Source: Tubiluchus corallicola (lineage: Eukaryota > Animalia > Priapulida). From it: DNA of 64,000 nt. Under the pieces are notes generated by a model, which was not told the origin of the DNA, made no database searches, and saw nothing but the letters and a program-made list of their open reading frames with translations. Within the stretch, counting starts at the first letter, position 1; each line of letters starts with the position of its first letter. The stretch lies in NCBI GenBank assembly GCA_030141605.1, contig JAQGDQ010002369.1, positions 558,001-622,000 on the forward strand. The letters run 5' to 3'. The translations under genes were made by a program, and so were the position numbers. Positions 44,406 through 55,732 of this stretch are shown here, piece after piece.

Positions 44406-45944
44406 CTAGAACACTTCATTCTTGAAATGCTCTCCCATTCTGATTGCATTCGCAATGATCGTCAGTCCGGGATTCACGGCCCCGCTGGAACAGAAGAAAC
44501 TTCCATCGACTACGTAAAGATTATCACAATCATGAGCTTTGCAGTTCGTGTCGAGAACTGATGTTTGGGGATCAGTTCCAAAACGGCAAGTTCCGACTTG
44601 GTGGGCAACACCGCCAATGGGGATTTTTTTCGATAGATAGGCTTTTGATGGGAAGTGATGGATATGTCCGCCTGAACAATTAAGAATGTGCTTGAGCTTC
44701 TTTAAAAGGCGTTCATGGGCTTCCATGTTGTTATCAGTGTAATGAAGTGTGATGTTAGCTTTTTCATCAGATTGAACCCGGTTGTTGGGATCTGGAAGAT
44801 CTTCCGATGTGATCCAGTATCCGATGGCATGGTTGGCCATAAATTCGAGGGCGAGGTTGGGCGTAAAAAAAGGAGCGTCTGCTTTGAGCATGTCCCTTTT
44901 TACTTTTCCAAGCATTTGAATGTGTCCTAAAGGAAGTTCTGAATCGTCCGCACCAAAATAATAATCATTCACTCCCATCGTCTTTTGGAAGTGGGTAGGA
45001 TTCTGTTTTGTAGAAAGCGCTACGATGGCGGAGTTATTGTGGCACATGTAGTTTCTTCCTACCTGATCGGAACTGTTGGCCAGTCCATTTGGATGCTGCT
45101 CGGAATGGGAACGAAGTAAGAGTGCAGAAGAGTTGATCGCACCGCAAGAGACGACGAATAGATCTGCTGTGAATTTTTCAATCTTTCCATCTTTTTCGAC
45201 TTCTACTTCTGTAACTTTTTTACCACTTGCATCGGTGTTGAGGCGCATTGCTTTGGTTTTGGTAAGAACTGTGATGTTGGGCATGTTGTGAATGGGTTCG
45301 ATGCAAAGGCGGTGAGCATCCGATTTGGCATCGACAAGGCAAGGATAGCCATCGCATGTATCGCACCGGACACATAGGCTCTCTTCCTTATTCTCTTCAT
45401 TCAGGCGTATTCCTACGGGAAGATGGAATGGATTGAGTCCTTCTTTTTTCAAGGAGTCGTGGATTTCCTGGATACGAGGTTCATGACTGACGGGGGGATA
45501 ATAGTAAGGCTCTTTTTCAGGAGGTTCTGTGGGATCTTCCCCTCTTTGTCCATGAACTTCGTACATTTTTTCCGCTTTGAGATAATAGGGTTGGAAATCT
45601 TTGTACTTAAGAGGCCAGGCAGGAGATGTCCCACCATAGTGTTTGATCTCATCGAAATCTTTTTCACGCAGTCGCAGAAGAGCTGCTCCGTAGAACTTGG
45701 TGTTCCCTCCTACAAAGTAGTGAGTGCCGGGAGTGAATGAATTTCCGTCTTTGTCTTTCCACTGTTCCGGTATGTTGTACCGCCCCTGAACAAAGACAGC
45801 TTCCGCATCCCAGTTTTCCTGTTCATTGGGAAGGTAATCTCCCCGTTCGAGAATGAGAATTTTTTTACCAGTGGATGCAAGCTCGTGGGAGAGTGTGCCT
45901 CCTCCTGCTCCAGTTCCAATAATGATGATGTCGTAATGTTCCAT
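44406..45944 (-). CDS. GMC family oxidoreductase
   Basis: IIIGTGAGGG, LERG, VGGNTKFYG, SDQVGRNYMCH, AHQVGTCRFG, VNPGLTIIANA. Confidence 0.93.
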   Translation of the reverse strand: MEHYDIIIIGTGAGGGTLSHELASTGKKILILERGDYLPNEQENWDAEAVFVQGRYNIPEQWKDKDGNSFTPGTHYFVGGNTKFYGAALLRLREKDFDEIKHYGGTSPAWPLKYKDFQPYYLKAEKMYEVHGQRGEDPTEPPEKEPYYYPPVSHEPRIQEIHDSLKKEGLNPFHLPVGIRLNEENKEESLCVRCDTCDGYPCLVDAKSDAHRLCIEPIHNMPNITVLTKTKAMRLNTDASGKKVTEVEVEKDGKIEKFTADLFVVSCGAINSSALLLRSHSEQHPNGLANSSDQVGRNYMCHNNSAIVALSTKQNPTHFQKTMGVNDYYFGADDSELPLGHIQMLGKVKRDMLKADAPFFTPNLALEFMANHAIGYWITSEDLPDPNNRVQSDEKANITLHYTDNNMEAHERLLKKLKHILNCSGGHIHHFPSKAYLSKKIPIGGVAHQVGTCRFGTDPQTSVLDTNCKAHDCDNLYVVDGSFFCSSGAVNPGLTIIANAIRMGEHFKNEVF

Positions 45945-45949
45945 GAATT

Positions 45950-47061
45950 TTACTTATCTCCCCATTCAATGACGGCTTTGATTTCTTCAGGTCCGTGGCG
46001 CGCCATCACTTGTTCAAAATCGGTATAGTGTGTGCGGCTGGTGATGAGCTTTTCCATAAGCCCCTTCCAGGTGTTATTTGCTTTCTCTAAATCTTCAATC
46101 GCCATTTTAAAATGATTCAATCCTGCATTCACGCTTCCAAAAAGAACCTGGTTTTTCAAGACTAGCTGTCTCATGATGCTTGATCCGTCGACATTAAGAG
46201 GACGGCCATCGCCGGGAACTCCCGTAAGAACGTAAATTCCATTGATGCCTAAAACTTTGATCAAATCGAAATCGAGCTTTGCGATGCCTGCTGCTTCGAC
46301 GACCATGTCGAGCTGTTTGCATTCTTTGCCAAACGCTTCGATCGAAGCTTCGGAGCTTTTGATGTATTTCCCGCCCATTTCTTTGAGGATGTTAGGTCGG
46401 GCAGAATCTGGATCGACAATATCGAGTCCTCAAACATTTGCTTTGCGTAGACGAAGCACCATTCCGGCAAGAAGTCCGATAGGCCCAAGTCCTGCAATGA
46501 GTACATTTTTTCCTTCTAACCATTTTTCACTGTTAGGATCGACAGGAAGACGGGTGACTTGGATCCGGCAAGCTTCATCGATGGCTTTTTCAACAACGGT
46601 TGTAGGCTCTGTGTTAGAACTGCGATCTCTTTGATGGAAGGAGGAGCTTTAAAGATGTATTTTTCCTCTTCAACAACGATTTCAGTTTGATATCCGTTTC
46701 TTTCTTTGATTCCCCGTTCGGTGTAGAGTCTTGTCTCACACATATCGTAGTGATCTTTATTGCAGGGATTGCACTGATTGCATCCTCTGCGGACAGTGAT
46801 GACGACATGATCGCCAGGTTTTACAGATTTGACTTGAGGGCCAGCTTCTAGAACTTGGCCGAACATTTCATGACCGATGATGAGTTCTGATTCCCCCTTG
46901 GGAGCATCTGCTCTTCCTCCTGAGGCTTCTTCACGGTCTGTTCCGCAAATACCAACCTGGAGAATTTTCACTTTTACATCCGTTGGATTTTTCATTTTAG
47001 GTTCTTCGACATCTCCAACACGTAAATTAGTCGTGTGGGGTTTAAGCAGTATCGCTTTCAT
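45950..47061 (-). pseudogene. Zn-dependent glucose 1-dehydrogenase (MDR family), frameshifted into several ORFs
   Basis: VGICGTDRE, GHE, VRRGC..C..C, ERGIK, GLGPIGLL, VLKNQVLFGSVNA; extra CA at LT-EP near 46612. Confidence 0.8.
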
Positions 47062-47121
47062 ATTTCCTCCAGAGAAATAGGTGATCTATTGCTTTGTACA
47101 AGAAAAGAGAGGGGAGTGCAA

Positions 47122-49275
47122 TTATTTTTTGATAAGCATGATCGCGCCTGTTACACGATCATCTTTTTGAGTGTGCTGATAAGTGAGGCGGACTTTCCAG
47201 CTTTGGCTGATGTATGTGAAGAGATCGAGTTTGAATTCATTGTAGGGAGGTTCTGTAATCCGGTCCCATCCGTGATGAGTTCTGATTTGGGCCGACCAGA
47301 AAGGAGTGATCCGGAAAAATATATGCGTCAAGAAAGAGACTCTTCGGTCAGAAATGGAGGAATTTAAAAGTTCCGATTCAGGCCGTGTGACATCGAGTAT
47401 GAAGTTTTCATGATCTGATTTTCTCCAGTCGTATTTGGAGCGGTAGCGCAACTCCAAACTCATGGCAAGATCTTCGTCAAAAGTCCAAAGTGTTCTTATG
47501 TTTGCGAAATCTACTGTTTGATGACTGAAGTTCCATGCATTGGTATTGATGACCTCACAAGTTGGCAGATTCCAATGAAGTGAAAGATACATTTTGGGAA
47601 TGAACTGGGGTTGATTGGGATCGCCGAAAAAACCATTGGCCCAAAGATCGCTGTAAAAGAAGGGAGCTCCTTTTTGTATTTTACGTGTGAAGAGAAAGTT
47701 TCGAACTCCAAACCGAAGCATGTTAATACGGTGGTATCCATCCTGAATGCTGAAGATAAAGTGTTGGTTGTTGTTGATGGTGGGATCAGTCAGTCCCTGG
47801 AAATCGAGGTATGGCTCAAGTACATGCTTGTAGGTTTGAAAATGGCGAAAGAAATTCAGATGTGCCTCTGCTCCATAAGACAGAATTCCCAAACCGGCTG
47901 ATTGATTGATGGGGCTTCGGTTGTAATAGATGCCGATGATTCCTACATAAGGAGTGAACGTAAGGGGCGAAAGAACAAAGGGACGGTAGACTTTGTTTTG
48001 AGTCTCCAAGCGGATTGAATGAAAGTCTCTTAGAGAAGGAGAGAGATCGTCCGAATATGCAAAGTCGATATAGCCTGCCTTGCTCCAGTTCTCAGAGATA
48101 ATGCCGCTCGATCCCAAGCGGAGAGGTCGAACTGTTCCATACAGAAGGGGAAGATCCTGTTTGACTGAATTGAACGAGTTCACTCTGGGGCGTGCATAGG
48201 CGATCCCAATGAGATCTTTTTCCTGATGATGGATGTAGGCATGCGTTTTTTTTGCGCTGTTTACTTCAAAATCATCACTGGGAAAATCACTGGGCATATT
48301 GACATCACTGTACTTGTCCCAAGTGATATCGCCTCTCGTTTTTCCTGAAGGACTTTGAGAATGTCCTTCTCCCTGAACCCGGTAGCGCCTTTTAATCTTT
48401 AGGTCATTGTCCAAAGAATCGGTGGCAACGTAATTTCGGGTAACGAGGGTCGTTCTTTTGTGCTCGGGAAAATACTCGGTCTCTAGTGCGCCGCCAAGAC
48501 CTCTTTTCATTCTCCAGTCCCCTCGGAGAAAGAAAGCAAAATCTCTCCAGGAATAAAGCTGGTAGCGCATACTGATACGGGGACCGTTTTTGTCCCAGGA
48601 AGCTTTGTACTGAACAACCGGCTTGGGGAACTTTTTCAGGTTGATGTTGAAGGAGGGTAGCCAAAAGGTGGGGATTTTAAAAAGACGAAATCGTACTTTG
48701 TTCGCTTTGATGAGCGATTTATCGAGAACTTCGACCCTGTTGGCAGCAAGGTCCCAGGAGCTGTTTTTGTTTTCACAAGTAGTGATAAATGCATTTTCAA
48801 CTTCATAGTCACCGTCTTCCTTCAGCTCGATCTTATCTCCACCAATGTACCAGGGAGTTGCAAAGGTCTTTCCATTATAGATCACTCCTGTTTGTGTGAC
48901 GAAATCAAATTCGAGTTCATCTCCGATGTAGACTCTTCCTTTATACTGGATCAACAGATCCTGTTCCGCCTCGATTTTATGTACAAATTTTCCTTCTTCA
49001 GTTCTTCGAATGTACTGAATCGTCTTTGCCTGAATTCGAATTCCCTGAGTGTGGATAACCCCACCCTCGCGGGTATAGAGAATGCCGTTTTCATAAGTTG
49101 GATTTTTTAGATCTACGATCCATTCAGAAGGAGAAATGTGAGGAGACTCAATAACAGGACTTGTTTTTTTTGCGAATTCAATTCCCTTTTGGACAAGAAG
49201 TTTCTCTCCGACAAAAGCAAGATCATCGGCCATAGCTGCAAATGGAAGTAGGGAAAGAATGCAATATCTTAACAT
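47122..49275 (-). CDS. LPS-assembly LptD-like outer membrane protein
   Basis: Signal peptide, OstA-like N-terminus, AFITTCE motif, beta-strand-rich C-terminus; chlamydial maf-HEAT-lptD order. Confidence 0.7.
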   Translation of the reverse strand: MLRYCILSLLPFAAMADDLAFVGEKLLVQKGIEFAKKTSPVIESPHISPSEWIVDLKNPTYENGILYTREGGVIHTQGIRIQAKTIQYIRRTEEGKFVHKIEAEQDLLIQYKGRVYIGDELEFDFVTQTGVIYNGKTFATPWYIGGDKIELKEDGDYEVENAFITTCENKNSSWDLAANRVEVLDKSLIKANKVRFRLFKIPTFWLPSFNINLKKFPKPVVQYKASWDKNGPRISMRYQLYSWRDFAFFLRGDWRMKRGLGGALETEYFPEHKRTTLVTRNYVATDSLDNDLKIKRRYRVQGEGHSQSPSGKTRGDITWDKYSDVNMPSDFPSDDFEVNSAKKTHAYIHHQEKDLIGIAYARPRVNSFNSVKQDLPLLYGTVRPLRLGSSGIISENWSKAGYIDFAYSDDLSPSLRDFHSIRLETQNKVYRPFVLSPLTFTPYVGIIGIYYNRSPINQSAGLGILSYGAEAHLNFFRHFQTYKHVLEPYLDFQGLTDPTINNNQHFIFSIQDGYHRINMLRFGVRNFLFTRKIQKGAPFFYSDLWANGFFGDPNQPQFIPKMYLSLHWNLPTCEVINTNAWNFSHQTVDFANIRTLWTFDEDLAMSLELRYRSKYDWRKSDHENFILDVTRPESELLNSSISDRRVSFLTHIFFRITPFWSAQIRTHHGWDRITEPPYNEFKLDLFTYISQSWKVRLTYQHTQKDDRVTGAIMLIKK

Positions 49276-49313
49276 GTCAAAGAAAGAAGGATAACGATCG
49301 GGAAAATAATAAT

Positions 49314-50990
49314 CTATTCGATAGCGCGGATCAAGAGACCAGCTAGAGCATAACGGTTTTTAGGATTGCCCTGTTTGATGGCTTTCAGAACAAGATCGAT
49401 GCTTTTCTCATCCTGCCTTGATGCGATGGCAGAATAGGTGTCGATCAGAAGTTTTGATGTTTCTTCCGGTGACAAAACATATTCGTTTGTTTCCATCCGG
49501 TTTTTTAAAGGAAGAAGGGGGCGGAGGCGGATCAAATCAGCCTGGTTTTGTTTTAGAATCCATTCCCGAATATGTTCTTCGTAGGGACCCTCTATTTTAA
49601 GTCGATAAAGAGACAAATTGGTATAATCCCGGATCAATGGGGATCCAATTTTAGCTGCCTGGTCTTTCAAGAGGGAAATGGCTCCATCTGTCCGCAAATT
49701 TTCCAAAAGAGCAATCAACAGTGGGATTAAGTCATTCTGCTTGCTTTCGAAGACCATTTGCGCAACATCAAGAAAGTCTGCTTCAGGAAGCTCTAAAGCC
49801 TCTTTCAGAATGCTTTCTCTCATTGCATGAGAGATCGAAAGATCGATCGTAGGATCTTTTTCTCTTTGCGTTGCAGACGGAACTACTTTCCATGCCATGT
49901 GGGCATGCCCTAGAGAGGTAAGAGGCTGAAACGAAAGATCACGAACGTCCCGTACAAGGATTTCTCTTAGGCCGAGTAGCGATCGGGAGTCTCTTTTTCT
50001 CAAAAGGGAGATCGTAGCATTGATCCTCACGGAAGTATTATCTGAATTCATCAGATTGAGGATCAAACCTTCCGATCCTTCGATATCGGCAAGGGTAGTA
50101 ATGGCAAAAAGGTTTTTATCGGCAGCCATTTCCATGATCTCGTCTGTAAAGGCTGTCTGTCCCAAAGTATACAGTGCTTTGTAGGCAGAAAGGCGGACTG
50201 TATCGATCGGAGAATAGGCCAAAGATTCAAGCTGACGGATACATGATGTATCTTTGAATATGCTGAACGCAAGTGCACAGGCCTCCTGTTCTGCGATATT
50301 CTGATGCTGGATCTTCTTGCGGATCCAGGGAAGAATGTCGTCTCTCCCATACTGCACCGCGCTAAGGATGGAAGACACTCTTGTCATCGGATCATGATCT
50401 TGAAGGAGTCTCTTTAACACGCTCATCGCATCGTTTGTTCCCATCAGTGCGAAAAAGGGAGGAAAGTAGGGTTTGAGGAAGGGGGGAAGGCGGTTCATCA
50501 GGGCCTCGATATGACCGACTGTATGAGGATGTTTTTTAGAAGCCATCTGAAAGGCCGCTTCCATTCTCGTTGATAAAAACTCGGAGGACATTGCTTTGAG
50601 AAGGATTTCATCGGTTCTGTCATCGTGCAAAAATGAGAGAAAATGAAGGGCTACGAGTTGGATTTGAGGATCAGCGCTTTTGACGCCCTTTTCCAGGATA
50701 TCGATCGAGAGAGCGGATGAGGCAAGCCCTGCACCGAACATCGTCAGCATTTGTACTTCTGAATCTTCAGAAACGGCGCCTTTTTGCATGAGTAGAAGAG
50801 CCATCTGGGCGAGAACTTCATAATTCTGTTTCCCGGTTTCCTGCGATAACTCCTGATACCGGGTGATCGACCGTTCAATCTCATTGATGTGCATGAGGTA
50901 GAGGGCATGACGAAAATCAGTGGAACTGGCCGCATGCAAAAGGAAAGGAAGGAAGGAGAGGATCAGGAATTTTTTCTTAAATGGTCCCAT
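49314..50990 (-). CDS. HEAT-repeat protein (conserved chlamydial)
   Basis: Signal peptide, helical repeats, C-terminal NRYALAGLLIR. Confidence 0.75.
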   Translation of the reverse strand: MGPFKKKFLILSFLPFLLHAASSTDFRHALYLMHINEIERSITRYQELSQETGKQNYEVLAQMALLLMQKGAVSEDSEVQMLTMFGAGLASSALSIDILEKGVKSADPQIQLVALHFLSFLHDDRTDEILLKAMSSEFLSTRMEAAFQMASKKHPHTVGHIEALMNRLPPFLKPYFPPFFALMGTNDAMSVLKRLLQDHDPMTRVSSILSAVQYGRDDILPWIRKKIQHQNIAEQEACALAFSIFKDTSCIRQLESLAYSPIDTVRLSAYKALYTLGQTAFTDEIMEMAADKNLFAITTLADIEGSEGLILNLMNSDNTSVRINATISLLRKRDSRSLLGLREILVRDVRDLSFQPLTSLGHAHMAWKVVPSATQREKDPTIDLSISHAMRESILKEALELPEADFLDVAQMVFESKQNDLIPLLIALLENLRTDGAISLLKDQAAKIGSPLIRDYTNLSLYRLKIEGPYEEHIREWILKQNQADLIRLRPLLPLKNRMETNEYVLSPEETSKLLIDTYSAIASRQDEKSIDLVLKAIKQGNPKNRYALAGLLIRAIE

Positions 50991-51562
50991 AAATCGATTC
51001 CGGCTTTCTGAAGAACTTTGCGCGTGGCATTGATGGGAAGGCCCATCACATTGTAAAAACAGCCTTCCATTTTGTTCACGATGATCGATCCTGCCTCTTG
51101 GATGGCATATCCCCCAGCCTTGTCCTTGAAGTAGAAGGCTTCATGATAGGTTCGAATCTGTTTTTCAGTAAGATCGTGGAACTGAACGCGAGTCCTTTCT
51201 GTCTCGACAAATATATGATCCGGGGTTTTCAGGCAAACACCAGTCCATACTTCATGCCATTTTCCTCTCAGGTCATGGAGCATACGGAAAGCAATTTCTT
51301 CATCTTCAGGCTTTAAATAGAGCTTCGAGTCGAAATGGACAACGGTGTCGGCAGTAAAAATAAAGGCTTTGGGAAATTGAGGGGCAAGATGTTCTGCTTT
51401 TTGCAGAGCAACTTCCCTGACAAATTCCTCCGAATCAGAATCAAAAACTGCATTCTTCTCGTCGTACGGAGAAGTGGCTTGCTGAAAGGGAAGGGAAAAG
51501 TAGGAAAGGATTTCTCTCCTTCTCTCTGATTGGGAACCTAAAATCAATGGGTACTTGGGCAT
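50963..51562 (-). CDS. maf: Maf nucleotide pyrophosphatase
   Basis: LILGSQSERR, TADTVV, DKAGGYAIQ, GCFYNVMGLP. Confidence 0.95.
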   Translation of the reverse strand: MPKYPLILGSQSERRREILSYFSLPFQQATSPYDEKNAVFDSDSEEFVREVALQKAEHLAPQFPKAFIFTADTVVHFDSKLYLKPEDEEIAFRMLHDLRGKWHEVWTGVCLKTPDHIFVETERTRVQFHDLTEKQIRTYHEAFYFKDKAGGYAIQEAGSIIVNKMEGCFYNVMGLPINATRKVLQKAGIDLWDHLRKNS

Positions 51563-51564
51563 TA

Positions 51565-51609
51565 GAACCTATTCCTAAAATTGACAGACACCTATTTTGG
51601 TATAGGTTC
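51565..51609. mobile_element. 45-bp internally deleted copy of the GAACCTATCC-ended palindromic element
   Basis: GAACCTAT...ATAGGTTC; the body matches the right arm of 61580-61744; ends 2 bp from the maf ATG. Confidence 0.7.
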
Positions 51610-51669
51610 GAGGTGCGTAGGATTCCATATTCATAGCTTTTTCACCAAAGAAAAAACGAATCTGGATGA

Positions 51670-52534
51670 CTAGAAAGAGTAGCGCAGGTTCAGGTTCGCT
51701 CCTACAAAGTAATAGGTATTGCGGGGGATGTTGAGCGCAATTCCCGACTGGGCTGAAGCAGTTGTATGACCATTTTCCCAGAACTCAAAGAACGGCTGGA
51801 AAATGACTGAGAAATGTCCATTACAGAAAACTCCAGAGAGTGGAATCTCCACGCGGAAGTTATGTAACTCATAGGAGAGATCGAACCGACCTCCATTCAA
51901 AGTGGAAAGTGCGACTGTCGGATATACTTGGGGCATCCATTGGAAATTCAACCCAGCAGTAAAATTGCGATTCACAATTGCATCCAAGAGGAATCCAACA
52001 GGAACATGGAGCTCATTGTAATAGAGAGTCAATGAACTTCCTAAGGCTGTTACCTTTTCGCTGTGATAGCGATAACCAAAACCTGTAAAGAGCGAAAGGG
52101 TCCATGTTTCATTTAGGCGTTCTAACGTGTAACCGAACCGTTCCTGCACGTCGATCTGGAGAACAGACCGGTCAAAAACCGATCCATCCGTATCTCCCCA
52201 AACGCCATGCAAAAGCAAGTCCAGCATAAATCATTCTTGGTATCCTTACCTCACCGAGAGCTTGTATTCCGCCCAGGCTTCCTGATGTCGATGATAGTCC
52301 GCTGGGGTAGATAAAAGCATAAGTATAGTTCCCACCAATTTGCACATGGAATGGCATGTCTATTTTTTGTTCAGACGGAGCAGGAGCGGGTTGAGATTGC
52401 CATAATGAATTCGAACGACGAGTTGATGAATCGTTTGTTGCCGGAGTTTCGTTCTGAACAATAGTTTCAGCTTCCAATGAGAATAAAGGAATGCTCAAAA
52501 CTGTGAAGAATATTAATAGAAAAAAATTACGCAT
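51670..52534 (-). pseudogene. outer-membrane beta-barrel protein, frameshifted near 52200
   Basis: Signal peptide MRNFFLLIFF..., amphipathic strands, terminal GANLNLRYSF. Confidence 0.65.
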
Positions 52535-52630
52535 ATGTGGAAGTCTACTTTCAAAATTTTTTTTCAAAGAATTCTAAGTTATCCCAAGAGCGGAGTTTTG
52601 TCTAGAAAAAGGTTAATATTACAGGAGTTT

Positions 52631-54331
52631 ATGATGCGCCGATTTATGTTTTTTCTATTCGTTTTTATTGGAACTCTACAGGCCCTTTCCCCAGAAGAAG
52701 AAGCGGCAACATTTGGTCAAGGCGGATTGGATACGTTTTACAATGAATATCTTCTCGAGGCAGATGAATCTGCTGCAGATGTTGCGTTGACTGATCCTCC
52801 TACAACTGGTTCAGGAATTCCTTCATCAGATGAATGCGGTCCATTAACACCAAGACCAACCATTCCTGCCTTGGCTCAAAAAGCATCGTCGTTGGATTTT
52901 ATTCCCATCGTTTTAATCAACAATACGAATCTTCATGATGATGATGTCTATTTTGTTGTTTATGGATTTCCCGTAACGGATTGCTCGGTGGATCCACCTA
53001 CACTCGGGACTCAATCATTTGTCTGTTTTGGGCCGGCGCCTGGTGGTCCTTTTGTGACAGAAGGGACCTTAATACCTGCTACTGGAGTAAACGTTCCTAC
53101 TACTGTGAGTCTGTCTCATATTCATTTAGTAATATTCCTCTTACGAATGGTCAAAGGATTATCTATGTTCCACAAGTTGTGTCTGGAAATATATTAATTT
53201 CTACGAACGCTAATTTAACTATGCTTGCTACTGGTGCGGGCACCATTGCAACTCCAAATCCTGGATTGGGAACAGATCCTAATTATACAACCGTTTATGG
53301 AGCACTTGAGTTTTCTTTTTACCCTTCCGCCTGTCTTAGCGCACCGAATAGTTTGAACCAATTGACTTTTGACTTCACATGCGTCGATTACTTTGGTCTT
53401 CCAATCTATTTGAATTTGTTTACAGAACATCCTTTGCCGACTATACCTAAGAATCGTCCCTCTGGGATTTATCAATCAAGGTCATATACCTTACGTAAAA
53501 TACAAAATGCGCTCAACAAGGCAACTCCTGCGAGTCTTGCTGCATGGACGGGCCTTATTCTATCTTCAGGTGGTATACAACTTTGCGTATCTTATCTCCG
53601 GGTAATGCACTGGGCCTGGCAACCCCTGGTTTTGATGTAGACTATTTTGACAATGCAGCAGCCTATGGCTATAGTTGGGCAAATGACGTCTGGACTGGAC
53701 CGGGTGCTTATTACATAAACAATCATCTGACGATCACAGTAAATGATGGGACTGTTTATACAGGAAAAATCATCAATGGTGTATTTACCTTTAACTCTAC
53801 AACTTTCGGCTATACATTCGGCATACCCTGGATTAACTCTCCTACAGTTCCCTCAACAACAACGGCAATTTTTAATGTTGAGAGCTTTTTCCCAGGTATG
53901 ACTTATAGCAGTGGTGGAAGTGCTCCTTGCGTAATACCTGGAGAAGGTTGTGTTCCACCCCCTCCTGGAACTGCTCTAGCGCATGCTACAGAACTTACCC
54001 AGTATTTGAGTGCGGTCATTCCTGCAGGACTCATTCCAGGGAAAATCGATAAAATTGATTTTACCGGTTTCCCACCAACTATGTACGGCGACTATTACAA
54101 GCCAAATAGCCACTTGACTCCTCCTGGAAGTACAACTGGCCCATGGTTCGACTATATAGTTTGGGACTTCATGGAGATGCAGATATCACGGGGAATGCGG
54201 TGTATTCTTACGCATACGATGACTTTTTGTTCGCGCAGGCTCCCCCAAATCAGCAGGTTGCGCCCAGCCAAAAGACGATTGACGATACTACTTATATCAC
54301 AATTGTTGTTGGACCTTATTCAGATAATTGA
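52631..54331 (+). pseudogene. secreted GH64 (beta-1,3-glucanase)-like protein with three frameshifts
   Basis: Signal peptide; INNTN..VY..VYG, SGNILIS, DPNY...LEFS, FTCVDYFGLP, LRILSPG, YFD, YSYAYDD found across four overlapping ORFs. Confidence 0.7.
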
Positions 54332-54333
54332 TT

Positions 54334-54366
54334 GAAAAGGCCCCAAATGATTTTTGGGGCCTTTTC
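54334..54366. terminator. bidirectional intrinsic terminator
   Basis: GAAAAGGCCCCAAA-loop-TTTGGGGCCTTTTC between convergent genes. Confidence 0.8.
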
Positions 54367-54530
54367 TATACCGAATGTGATTCAAAAATCGGTTTTGGGC
54401 TGACGCGAAAACTCTCGCGGTTCAACGATTAAAAAGGGGGCAATATTCCTGTAATATGGCCCCTTTTTAATCGTTGAACCTCGTGCTTTGGCGCAGCCAA
54501 AATCCCAATTTTTGAATCACATTCGGTATA
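54367..54530. mobile_element. 164-bp palindromic element (MITE/RPE-like), family A
   Basis: Perfect 23-bp terminal IR TATACCGAATGTGATTCAAAAAT and perfect 21-bp inner IR GGTTCAACGATTAAAAAGGGG. Confidence 0.8.
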
Positions 54531-54536
54531 AGATAG

Positions 54537-55638
54537 CTAGAAATCGAACCGCATTGTAGTCGTCAATCCATGAATGTACAGATTGCCGTTTGGCAGGATA
54601 CTGGCAAATGCCTGATCATCCAGAATATTACGGAACATATTCTGGTCGAAAAAGACCTGAAATCCGTAACCCGCAGTCCAATCGAAATGCCAACTATTAT
54701 TAGCAAAGTAAGTACCCCAACCGAATCCGAGTTCTAATTCGATATGAGTTCTGAGTCGGTTTAGATTTTTTTCCTTAAGAGTAAAGATGGAGTTTGGTGC
54801 AAGGACACCTGCTGCAGTGGTTGCTATTTGATTCAACCGTGCGCTGGTGTACTGTGTGAATAGGATATCTCCAGCTCCCTCTCCATAGATTCTAAAGCAT
54901 TTTCCCAACATCAAGTTCGCAGCCAGTCCGGTTCGTAGCCCTAAAGCCCAAGATTGGGATCTTTGGGTCATAAATACATTTGCCCGGTTCAAGAACTGGG
55001 TTGACTCATTGAGGTATTCCACGACAATAGATTGACGAACCCAGGCGGCACGAATTCCAAAATGGGGACGATAGGTAAGATCTGAAGTACCGCAATAAAG
55101 TTTTTCCTAATTCCAAATCTACAAGGTCCATACGGAGCCGCCAGCGTGAGGTCCCAGTAAAGTACGTTGGAGAAGTGACGTTCGGTATTTCCCACAAGGG
55201 GTGAAGAACATTGTGTCCACCTCTATCAAGATCTACTCTGGTACTTTGAGTACTTCGAACCCATGTGTATCTTGAAAGCAAATCCCAGCCCTTATGAGGG
55301 AAAGTAGTCCCAAGAAGAACTTTAAAGCCGGGTTTGTAGTCTGGGTTTAAATCAATCATATCGCCATTTAATGTGAAATCAGGGTTGGTTGTGTCATCAA
55401 TGATGCCCAATTCCATATTCTCCTGGTACGGATACCAATAGATAAAACTTGCACCAGCAAAAATGCCCCATCCATTCTGTGGCGGCAGACAGTAAGGTGG
55501 TCCGCATTCAGACATCGTTTGGGATTGCATATTTTCTTTGTTTTGAGAGGAAGGATAATGACTGCTTTGTCCAACGGCGGAAGAGATACACAAAAGCGAC
55601 AGACTTATCCAGGAAAAGGTTTTTGCGAACAGATTCAT
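54537..55638 (-). pseudogene. MOMP/Lpg1974-family porin, frameshifted near 55030-55110
   Basis: Signal peptide, FIYW, YKPGFKV, DLELG, GYGFQVFFDQN, GNLYIHGLTTTMRFDF. Confidence 0.75.
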
Positions 55639-55732
55639 TTTATTCTCCAACTAGATGCCATATAACGCATCTTATATACATTCTTCTCTTATGCAAGATA
55701 TCTGAGAGAAAGAAATCGTTAAAGAAATTTAT

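Noticed and set aside
38400-44500. Classical integron or prophage
   Set aside because: No integrase, phage gene or canonical attC was seen; the repeats are copies of neighbouring chromosomal genes.
51600-51660. tRNA suggested by GGTTCGA
   Set aside because: No cloverleaf; the motif is the end of the short palindromic element.
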